From NCBI GenBank assembly GCA_000708835.1, contig DF237327.1, forward strand, positions 1 to 64,000: a DNA stretch of 64,000 nt. Reading direction: 5' to 3'. Origin of the DNA: Klebsormidium nitens (taxonomy: Eukaryota > Plantae > Klebsormidiophyceae). The position numbers and the translations under genes are program-made. Positions 11,740 to 23,700 of this stretch are shown in pieces. Under the pieces are notes generated by a model that ran no database searches, had not been told where the DNA came from, and worked only from the letters and a program-made list of their open reading frames with translations. Numbering within the stretch: position 1 is the stretch's first letter; every line of letters starts with the position of its first letter.

Positions 11740-14700
11740 ATGCAGGCAATCTCGAGGCTTTTGGCAGGTGCAGCTCGACAGATGGCTGTAGACTGCGGCG
11801 TCGTCCTGGCCCCAAGAGCGCAACTGAGCGTCTTCAGCAGCAGACACTGCTCTATCAAATCTTGTAGCGATCGCTTTTGTCATTCAGTCAGCATTCGGAG
11901 GACGCTGTCCCCCTTCTCAAGAGGACGTTTCAATCTGTTGAAAAGTTCCACCCACAATCCTCTTGATTGCAGCACTTTTCAGCAAAGCCCCCGGCTATTT
12001 GCGAGCTTAGAGCCAACTTCAAGTGGCTATTCGACCTTCAGCGATCCGATGGGTGAGCCTTTTGAGGCGCCGTCAGACAAGATGAAGGAGGAAGACGCAA
12101 CGCCGGCCGAGTCTGCTTTTCTGCAGGGGCTGATGCCATCTGCCGAGATTGGCGCTCAGCGCTTTCTGAAGAAGCACCCCGAGCATGATGGGAGGGGTGT
12201 CATCGTGGCAATCTTTGGTGAGGCTGGAATGCCACCACCGGGAGAAGGTCTTGAAGCCTTTTCTTCTGATGTTGATTGGTCCTTGAGGCGCCGTTCTTGG
12301 CGCCACAAACCCATGCACTCCTGGAAGGAAGAGATACAATCATAGCTTCTGCACCGGTTGTAAGTTGATTTTGAGTCCGACCTCTATCACAGATTACAGG
12401 AACTCCAGAGGCTGTGGCTGCCGCCAGTCCAGTCTGCATACACCAATCTAGGCTGAGATGTGGCAAATGGCATAATCATTCGTAGTTACGGCAGTCTAGG
12501 GATCTGATTGTGCTCTTCATTCAGATTCTGGAGTTGACCCAGGAGCGGCTGGCCTGACAGTGACCTCTGAGGGCAAACCCAAGGTTATCGATGTTGTTGA
12601 CTGGTGAGTACTGTCTCTTCACTGGTCTCCTAGTTTAGTTGCAGAGAGATGTGATTCAAACCGGCCGGTGGGACAGAACTACCAAGCGGTCTCCGAAGAC
12701 CATGGTTATGATCCTGATGGCGGGTTTTGCTGTCTACTGTGACCATCTCTTTTCTTACCAGATAAGCAAACCTCATTGATAGGAAGTTTAAGGCATATGT
12801 CTACCTTTCTTCATTGGTCCAGTCTTTTGCGGTGAAAACATCTATCCGGGTTGTCCCTCATGCCCAACAGCCCCGCGGCAGTGGTGGTCAAGGAGCTATA
12901 AAAGCGCTCAATCCCGCACACCTGATCGCGTTGTCTTTGAAGGCACTTCACAGAAATCCTTCCCATGCCTGCTTTTTCAGCACTGGAAGTGGGGACGTAG
13001 ACACCAGCAAGGTGGTCAAAGCAGATGCAGACGGCATGATTGAAGGAGGTTCCGGTGAGCCCCATTATATCCTCCCTCCACTGGTAAGATGCATGTAACG
13101 TGGACGTCACAGACTGGTGTGTCCTCACCTGCGTGGACACGCAAGTCGACTGCATCAATCAAAGCATTGTCTTCCTATCGGAGCTTCCAAGGCTGACCAC
13201 TTGGGCCGGCTTACGGCGGTCTCGGTGTCGTTGATTCGCCTGTGTATCTGACAGGATTGCTGACACAGTCGAATAGTCTCCCGATCAAGCGGTTCAGCTG
13301 ACCGCCTTCGGGCTCCCTTTGAAGTTCCCTTGAACCCCTCTTCAAGAAGTCTTGCTTTACTCCATGTCACAGAGCGCTCCTCCAAGTTGTTTCTGCAGGG
13401 AGGCAGCTGCGCGTCAATCCAGAGTGGAAGAACCCCTCTGGCGAGTGGCACGTTGGTGTCAAGCACCTCTTTGAGCTTTTCACCAAGGGCCTTACGGAGC
13501 GTGTCAAAGTAAGCAGCGTAGACTCTTCTCGAGATTTTGTCATTGCTGAAATACTCAAAAACGATATTGGTAGTCAAACAGGTCTAACCGGTTTCCTGCT
13601 CAGGAAGGTAACAACCAGCCAATCATCGTTTGATGAAAACAATCATCCCGTCCCTGCGATATCTTCATTTTTAAAACGTTTGTCTACGCAAACTCAGCTT
13701 GTCAGCTGTGCGTTCTGTATTGATTACAGTTTGAAGATCAGCCAGGAAGCTTTTCACAACAGCTTGGATTGCTTTGAACGAGGTAGATCAAATTGCAAGA
13801 GAAATGAGATACCATACCAGCGTTTGATTCCGTTTCTGATTAGTAACTTGTCTGGGCTGCCAAGAAATGTGGGATATGTTTTCTTCGATGACGAAAAGTC
13901 GAATTCCATATTTGCACAATGAAGGTTGGTGATATTGGTTTCTGGCGGAGGATTGCTACTTTGACGAATTGCCCGAAGATTATCAGACATCTCGCCGAAA
14001 TGGCTGATCAAGCAGAAAACTCTAAATTGTCACCCAAGTCGAAGAAAGTCGAAGAAACCAAGATTGGTACGGTAGTGTAGGACCCTCTGAGTCGGATACT
14101 GATGCCGAACGCACCCCTGCTTGTGCAGAAAGAGCGCCGCAAGAGCTGGGACGCGAAGCACCGGCAGAGCGCCACCGAGGAGCTCCGACGGCTTTCAGCG
14201 TTCGATGCGGTAAGCCCCTATCATTCTTCGTCCGAAAACCGCATTGCTTTGTGATGGGCAAAGTTCACAAGCGACAACCTTTTGCTTCTTTGCCGGTCTG
14301 ATGTCTGCTATTCTCCGAAGACAGAGGTCGACATATTTCTCCAAACGGAATCCGCCTTTTGGTCTTTTCGTCTCCTAGCATGCATGTCCAAACATACTTG
14401 GACTGTTTGGACGGCTCTGCTGGTTGGAAAAGAAACGACGAACAGCGGCCTAATGAATCTTCGAAAGCCTCCCCTGAGAATTTCGCAAGGGATCAACGGC
14501 CTCGCATTTATTAGCGACGCGTGTTCTCGAGCATCTGCTTTCTTGAGCATTTTGCAGAAGAATCCGAAGCCGGCCACCGACAAGCTCAAAAAGGAGCGGG
14601 AGGACCTGCAGGCACGTGTGGACCTCCTCAAGAAGCTAGCCGAGGTGAGCTAGAATTCAAATTTCGAACCATCTCAAAGCTGAAAAAACTTTGAACTGAA

Positions 14701-17700
14701 ACCCGGCTTGTCTTGCTCGCTATCCAACATTCTCGAGTTAAGGCCACCCAAGCGTATGTCCTGTGGTAGATACTCGGTCCAAGATATGCCTCTTGTATTG
14801 CAAGACAGTGTACTGTCTGTGGGGCGGTATCTCTTGTAAAGAACGCGCCGCTCGAACTTCAGACGTTCTTGCCAAGGGGTCGACATGCAAGTGCACGTTT
14901 GCGTACCCTAAAATGCATTGGATGCATTAGAGACAGGACGAGCGAAACGGAGAGTCATCAGCAAACGCACGATCGTCGGACTATTGCAGGACTATGACGA
15001 CCGAGGGCCAATTGTCGACTGTGTTGTGTGGCGCGACGACAAGGACACGTGGCGAGCTGCCATTGACACGACGGACCTCGAAGAGGAGGGCAGCTCCGTC
15101 GGGAAGCTCGCGGACTTCGTTCCGCTGACCAACTTCCGGTGAGGGGCGTGAACGGATCCGGTTTGGCAAAATAAGCGAAGCCAGCTTTAGTGTTCAAGCA
15201 AGCTGACACCCGGAGCACTGGTCCTTTCACCGAAAGCGTGAACGTTGTCTTTAGCAATCTTGTGAAACGTGTAGTCGCTCACTCGAAAGGATTGGGTCAG
15301 ATACCAATTGCAGGAAGCGCTCAACTCTCATTTGCTCGCTCATCGTGTGGATGGTGTGCCTCGCCCCCTTCAAGTTAGTCAAACCCGCTGCGGAATTAGT
15401 AACATAGAAAGACAATACGATTCCTCGTAAGACATTCCGAACCTTCTTCTCTCAATGAAGGGCTCCTAATATCGCCAACAAAAACTTCAGCTCGTGCATG
15501 GCATGTCGAGATTTTCCGAATCCGCTCCTCAGACTCAATTCCGCTGTTTTGACAGGCTAGAGCGGAAGTACGGCACCTTCAGCAAGGTCGACTCGTGCAA
15601 CTTCGCAGCAAACATCTACGACGACGGGAACGTCCTCAGTCTAGTTACGGACTCTAGCCCGCACGGTGAGGGGCATCCTCACGGATGGCTAACCAACAGT
15701 TCTGGCGGCAAAATGTCGTTCGCATGCGTACACAGTTTTGCTTGGAACGTGTTGTCACGAGCGAGAATGAAACTTTTTGTCGTTTTCGTCCCCTAACATA
15801 CCCTGTAAGCCGAGACAAGCTTCCGCCACCCTCTTGCAGGTACCCACGTTGCAGGAATCACGGCGGCCTGCCATCCAGAGGTGAGGTCATGCGCGCATGT
15901 TCAGACATTCACCGCTTATCCTTTATGAATCTCCTACGCGTCGACTCGCGCGTGTTCAGACCTTCGCCGCTTATTCATTAAGAATCTCCTACCCTTCGAA
16001 TTTGAGTGATACGGGCTCCCAAAAACGACCCATCAAGCCTTGCACTCAGTATTCTCTTTTCGAACGTCGTCGTCTCTGCAACACTCCGTCGTCTTTCTTT
16101 GCGAGTCCTACCTCACTGCTTCCCAGAATGGCGTTTCACTGTCTTCCACCCATTGACCAACTTGAGCGAAAGCCCTTGACCGTGACAACCTTCTTTCTTC
16201 TTTCCTTGATCTATTGGGCATATCCCGATCACTCACCCTTGTTTCGATTTGGGCTTGTCTCATCGCGATTGGTCGTTCTTGTCTGTCTTAGAGAATTTAG
16301 CCAATGGCGAACTTCATGCATCCTTCTTCGCAAGTCTCTATCAAGGGACATAAGATTGTGCACTAACCTTCTACTAACCCCCATCTAACTTCATCGCAGG
16401 AGCCCGACCTGAACGGCGTGGCCCCCGGGGCTCAGATCGTGTCGTGCAAGATCGGGGATACGCGGCTGGGGAGCATGGAGACTGGAACGGGCCTCACGCG
16501 CGCGCTGATCGCCGTCATTGAGAACAAGTGCGACCTCATCAATATGAGGTGAGGCCGACGCAGGAAAAAGCGTTTTATGAAGATGCAATTTCGAAATTGA
16601 AATTGACTTTTGGCTTACTCTCATATTTTCGCTAGCAGCCGCCTCTCTTTTGGGTTTCGAGGCCTTGTCTCTCACCAGCTGGTGAATGAAAAGCGACTCT
16701 GGAGACCTTGTTACCGTTGCAAGATAGAACTGGAAAGGTCAGGGCACTAAGAAGATAGGATAAGGCAAAGGGCGTAAAGGCAACTGAGAAAGCGCGTAGT
16801 CAGCCGGCGTTCCCCTCGTAAACATACATTGAACCAGCCCAGAATTTCAGCTTCCTACTGCTGCAAAAGCGGACGTACTCTCGGCAAGGGGTGCTCTGCG
16901 TCACAATTCATACTGCATCACGCCGACCCGGCCCGAACCTCTGCTGACGTTTCCACTGACGTCATTCAGCTACGGCGAGCCCACGAGCACGCCCGACGTC
17001 GGCCGCTTCGTCTCCCTGGCCAACGAGATCGTGCACAAGCATGGCGTCATCTTCGTCAGCAGCGCTGGCAACGACGGGCCCGCGCTGTCCACTGTCGGTG
17101 CGCCAGGTGGCACCTCCTCCGCAATCATCGGGATCGGGGCGTACGTGTCGCCCGCCATGGCTGCGAGCGCACACTCGCTCGTGAGCCCGCCATCCGAGGG
17201 GCTGCAGTACACATGGTAAGCGATTGTAGAGTCTTGAATGTTCAGTTCTATTGGAGGCTGCGAAGTTTTGTGCTCGTCAAGTTCCTGCTTTTGCGAATCC
17301 GAAGAGGTGCGTGAACAAACCATTTAGCTGACGACTGGAAGAAGTCGGCTGGTTTGCCTTCTTTCCGAAGGGTTTAGAATTTCAGAGGTCTTGGTTTGAA
17401 CAGAGCCCTTTGAAGGCCCATCTGAGGATCCTTTCCGGTGTAGTGAGTCAGTTCAATCGGGGCCTTGATCGGCGACAGCGACGCACTTGGTGTGGGTGAG
17501 CGCGCAAGGATCTGCGGTGCTTTGGGTTGTCGGTCTGGAATAGGACGCGTGGCTTGACCTCATTTTAACATAATGAGGTAACCCCCTAAGTATGCTATAG
17601 CTAACGCCCTCCGTATGCAAGGTCAGGCCTTTGCTCGAAACGCCCTTGCAATCTGGGGTGGGCTTCCCTCAAAAGGCTGAATTCGATTCCATTTAGAAAA

Positions 17701-20700
17701 CCACCTCTTCTACTAAGCGTGGTTAACCCAACGCTTAACCGCAGGTCAAGTCGTGGCCCGACCCCTGACGGCGATCTCGGCGTGGGGCTGAGCGCACCTG
17801 GGGGCGCGGTGGCTCCGGTTCCGGCCTGGACGCTGCAGAAGCGGCAGCTCATGAACGGAACGTCCATGTCGTCGCCGTGCGCATGCGGGGGGATCGCGCT
17901 CGTGCTGAGCGCTTTGAAGGTGAGAAACTGCTTTCGCGAGTACTTGCACTCCGTTCGGCGACTGAGTGAAGCTCGTAGAGGAACGTTCGCAACATCGGAG
18001 CTGGTTGCAGAAGACAAGAAATCCAGTATCCGTACGATGAATGTCGATGGCGTCAGATTCTTCCGTTCCTTGATCGCCATTTCGAGAACGAAATCCATGT
18101 TTTCGACTTCAAAGATCGGTGTCATCATCTTCTCCCAAACTCAGCTGCGTTGTTCCCTTTCAGAAGCCCTTGCTTGCTTATCAAAGTATCTTCTGCTCAC
18201 CTGAAACGTTGTTGCTTGATCTGAACACTCCCCTTCCTTGCTTCCCTCACGTACTGCTCTTCCGTATGCAGGCCCAGGGCCTTTCTTCGCGGCCTAATTT
18301 GGTGCGAACGGCCCTGGAAAACAGCGCGGCGTCATTGGGCACTTCTCCCCACGACGCGCTGACCCACGGCCGAGGCCTGCTCCAAGTTGACAAGTGAGCT
18401 GCCCAAAAACACTCTTGCGTCTATTCTCCTTACAAGGCAACTCGTTTTCAGGAACTTGTTCTTTCAAGCTCAGCATGGCCATCGTCGGTTGTCTGATTGC
18501 TTGTGAGACGCATCTGGTCAATGGAGAATAAACCGTCCGCGCTGGCATGTTGACCAACTAGCCCGTGAGGACACGTTTACCTAGTATTGATTCCCTTTTC
18601 CTTCGTTTCCTGTGCGCCAAAGCGAGACAGCAAAGAAAGCTTCTGCAAACGGGAGGGATCGCTTCGTTTGCTTTGCCTCGAGCAAGACTGGCTCGAGGCG
18701 ACTTTTGATCTCTCGTCGGTGCCCATTCTTGCCTGACGCACCAAAGAAAGCCTTCGATGACTTGTATCTCACTATGGCCATGTAACGCCAAGGATGCAGA
18801 ACAGATTTCCAAGTCGCTCACAAAACGTCAACTTCCCGCAGGGCTGTCAAGTACTTGGAAAAATGCGCGAACTTGCCTGACGTGCGCTACGTCGTGGAGG
18901 TCTCGCGCACCAGCAGCTCCGCCCCCGCAACACGTGGCGTCTACCTGCGTGACCTGCCCGACCCGATGAGCCCCGTCGAGGTGCGGGCTTCTTTCTTTTG
19001 ATATCCAAACTGAGTTTTTAGATTGGTTGTGAGGTACGTCTTGACTGTCGCCAAAGGCCCTCAGCTTTGGAGAGGTTCATGTTTGATGTAGAGAAGACAA
19101 CAACTGTGTCAGATTATCGCCAGAGGTCTCTGCTTTGAGGGAGATCCCAGGATGCGTTTCGCTTTCTGGAAACAGCCCTCCTTGATTTCTGGAACTGCTG
19201 CTCTACCTCCTACTTCCTTCATTCCACGAACTCTCCATGTTTCGCCCCGGCGCATCTTGAGTTCCAACTGACGATCTCCCCACATTTTCACGAGGAGGCC
19301 AACAGTCTGAATGTCCGTGTCCCTTTGGCGGAGCGCGTTCACACTGCATCACTCTACCAATGGCACTTTCAACACCATAGATCCACAAGCAAGAAAGTCC
19401 CACTAAGACCTTACCGTCAAATTTCATCAATGCAGTTCCGGGTGACGGTCTCTCCCCACTTTCACGAGGACGCGGACAATCCGCGTTGCTTTGACGGAGC
19501 CCATGACACTGTATCAATTCAGCAATTGCACTTACAACACTAGAAATCCAGAAGCAAGGAACTCAAAAGTTCCATTAAAACTTTGAAACTACAAACTTGC
19601 AGTTCCGAGTACTACTCCCCCCCCATCAGGAAGCGGGCAATCTGGACGTTCGTGCCGCGTTCGAGGAGCGCATCGTTGCACTTAATGTCACTGGCCCTAG
19701 ATCTGTTTCCATACTCTGCGTAAAACGTTGAACCTGCAAGCTTCCATGATTGCAGTTCCGCGTGATAGTCTCGCCCCACTTTCACGAAGACGCGGACAAT
19801 CTGGACGTCCGAGCCGCTTTCGAGGAGCGCATCAAGCTGGACAGCACGGCGCCCGACTGGGTCCAAGCGCCCGAAAACGTGCTCCTGCCGCACAACGGCC
19901 GCAACTTCTGGTAACGCCCGCCACACTGAATGTGCTCAAGACAAGTCTACTCGACCGAGGCACCGAACCCTCGCATTTGTGTCCGAAGACTTTCAAACGT
20001 TTCTTCTTGGTTGTGACGGATGGACTTGTGTCAGCTAAAGCTGGGTTCGTTACTGCGCCGTGACTTCGGCTGGACTTTGCCTACGCACTTCCGTTGCCAC
20101 GCTCAGAATGTGGGCTAAGCAGCAGAGTTGTTTTCAGGGCGGAACCCACAGCAAATCTGCTTAAAACCTGTCCAAGTACAGATGCGCTGATTCAACGAAC
20201 CGCGGAAGAGCCCGACTGCGTGGCTTGACTTCGTAACCGGGATTCAAGGGTTGTGAAGCCCGTATGTCCAAGTCCGTTCATGCAGATTCTGGCATATTTT
20301 TAAGCAAACGACGACCTGTCTTTCAAAATGGACACGTAGTTCAAAGTTTCGGTTGGAGGTCCTTGTAGCAACCCCCTCGCCGTCTCCTTCTCCGTGCAGT
20401 ATACGCGTTGATCCGAGCGGCCTGCCACAGGGCCTCCACTTCGCAGAGGTGACCGGCACTGACATGAGCCGGCCGTGGCGGGGCCCCGTTTTCCGCATCC
20501 CCGTCACTGTCATTAAGCCAACCGTGCTGCCACAGGGGGCAGCGCAGGTGGCTACTTTCAACGGCCTCAAGTTTTTGCCAGGTAGGATTCCGGGCCGGGG
20601 AAGTTAAGGTGTCAGTTGCTATTTTGCGGTTTTCGACGCTGTCCTGGCCGGTACTGGGCAGATTATATCAAGATACGATACACGACGTGAGCTAAGCAGC

Positions 20701-23700
20701 GCATGGAAGGAAGGAATGGCTGCATCGGGTCTTGCCTCTTTTGCCGGAGCAAAGTGAAACGGCATCCACTTAAAATGAGAACAAGCACGGCCTGCCACAC
20801 CCTGCCCCCTCTGTGCTCTGCTTTCACCCCAGGAACCAAAGGTGACATTGGGAGGGCATCTTTGCTTGGATCTGTTAATGAAACCCACATAAGTTGCTCT
20901 CAGTCGATAGAGACACCGACGGACACGGAACAGAATTCCACATTGTCGAACCCAGTTCAGACAGCACTTTTGTTTCGACCAAGTCCTTCCCACCTCATCT
21001 CGTATGTCGCTGCAGGTGACATCAAGCGACACTTTATCGCGGTGCCAACGGGTGCCACGTGGGCGGAGCTCACGATGCGCTCGGGGGACCTGGACACACC
21101 ACGTCAGCTAGTGCTGCACACGCTGCAGGTGAGCCCCACCAAGGTCTGATTTGCTGGTCGGAATGGTGCCAGAACTCATTCCTTGAGACTTTTGCCCGGC
21201 AGTCTCTTCGGACATCTTTGCGACTTATTGGACTGAGCACGCCGTCCGAAAAACTCTGCTCGAATGATGAGACCTTTCAGCACAGTTCATCGAGACTACG
21301 CTGGTGGAGAAGAGGGAAGAGGCTGGACTTCGGTCAGTCACCGTGAAAGTTCAGTACGTCTCGGCGTTGTCAGACTAGCTGAATCTGGGACTGAATTCCC
21401 TGCCCAAGAAGCTCATTTTATTTATGTTGATTGATGCATAATCCCTCCTCGCGATCTAGAAGGTCAAGAACCAGAACCTCTCGTTTCTTGGTTGCACGTC
21501 AAGGGGGGGGAAAAAAACAAGAGAACAAAAGAGAGATTACACAGAAAGAAGACAACGGACGATCTGCCGTTGCTCCCGCTGCGCCTCTGCCTTTTGGAGA
21601 CCAATTCCGCGTTTGTGACCGACGGAGTTTTTGGCAGACACCTCTTCTTCCGTAACTCCCTTTCGTCTCATGCCGAGTGAAGAGAAGGTCAAAATCCACA
21701 ATTCAATACCGGAAAACATTTTCCGCTGCGCACAGTTGCTGCCCCAGGAGCGGCACACGAGCCACGAGCTGCGCACGTACCTGACGTTCAATTCGCACTC
21801 CACCAAGCAAGTCGCGATCGAGGTGCAAGAATCGAAGACGCTGGAGGTAACGCTCGCGCACTTCTGGTCCAGCGCAAGCGGCACCGAGCAGCCCTGCAAC
21901 ATAGACCTCGAGGTGGGTAATCTATCCGTAAGGAATTCTGGGTTATTATTCTGGATATATAGGGTTGCCGAAATTCAGTGTTGGCTTCCAGGAAGATACA
22001 AGTCTGCAAAGGTTGTATGGGGATTTTTAGCAGTGGTCTTCGAGCATCGAAAACGATGGACGCATGTACAAAGGCGAAGAAGATAATATTGTCCAAGTGA
22101 ACTAGTCACGGCGTACGCAGATGCACCTGAAGTATTGTCAGATAGGGATGGAAACAATATCGGCTTGTCCCTCGGTTGCCAGAAGCTTGCGTTCACATTA
22201 TTCTGCTGCAACTTCCGAGCCCAGATCTGACACTGACTGGCGCTGAAAATCCACGGCCTTTGTAACGGACAACCCTGAGTTGATGGCAAAGTTTCTTTCT
22301 GCAAACGCAGGTTGAGTTCCACGGCCTCAAGGCCAGCAGCGGCGCCATTCATTTAGACGGAGCCACCGGCACGGTCCGTGTCAACGTCAGGTCCGCTTTC
22401 GGGACGGAGCGGCTTGCACCCAACGGCGTGCTCAATCGTGTAAGCATACTTCCCTCAAGTCTTATCATTCTGGGCAACCTCAGTTGTGATACCACCCTGT
22501 GGGTCCAGGCAGGAGATGGGTGCTTTGCCGATGGTTACAATGTTCAAGATCTTGAGTCGGCCCATATACTTCGGCCCGTATCCTGAATTCCTTCTTGCAG
22601 ATCACAGTAAGAGGTGGAGCCGTGGACACCCAGACTGGACAAAGTGTCCAAGTCTGCTTGTGGTCGAAGAAACCTTGAACCAGTCGAGACTTTATCAGAA
22701 AACAGATTTGTTACATCCGATTCTCGGTGTAGGTTCCGTCTGAGATTGCCTCCTGCACCGGATGCCCTTATCAGTCTTTAAGTTGCTCTTTCCGTTTCGA
22801 AGATACGAACAGGATTTTGTTTGCTTTCTAGAACCGGCGTCGGACTAAAGCTGCTACTGTTGGTCCCGACTGCTGCAGTTGCAAATACCTCTAGCGCCGA
22901 CTGAAGCCAAGATCGAGGCGCTCTCCCCCAAACGCGACGAGCTGCCAGATGGGCGCCAGATCCACGCACTCCACCTGACGTAAGTCTTGGATCTTTAGTA
23001 AATCACTTTGCTGGGCTTGCCTGGTTATTGCTTTCGCATGCTACAGATTTGAAAGCAGACAGCTGGATCCTGAACTAATGGAATTGCCCCTTTCGGGGCG
23101 TCGTCATGTTGTTGCCAATCTGATGGAAACTGCTGAAGTTGCAGGGTGTCAAATGGACAATTTGCCGACGTTGTCGCTTTCCGCTCCTCCATTACAGTAA
23201 GGTCAGAGAAGCGGGCAGGTTGATCTTCCGGCCAAACCCCCTTTTCTGCTGACGTCATCGCTCTGATTTTCCCCCAGCTACAAGTTTACAGTTAGCGAAG
23301 CCGGCAAGTACACGCCCCGACTGCCAGTCCTCAACAACCGGGTGTACGACAGCGAGCTGGAGTCGCAGCTCTACATGGTTCACGACGCCAATAAGGTATG
23401 GGTCGCCGCCATAGCTTATGCTGTGCGATCCTTTTCCTTTTTGCTCTGCAGAAACCGATTCGGACGACTCCCTTCCTAAAGTTGAATAACGACATCGCAT
23501 TTGGCAAAGCATGCCAAGAAATAAGAAAGGTCTTTTGAAAATTGCCAGAGGAAAAGCGATCCTCAGTTTTAGCACAAATGCAACGTAGGCTTTCAGTAGC
23601 CACCTTGGGCCCCAAGTGTGGAAGGCAAAACTGTCGGTGGGATTCTGCTTGAAGTTTTTGGGTCTCCTTGACTTACTTTGACAGTCAGCAAGACGGACTT

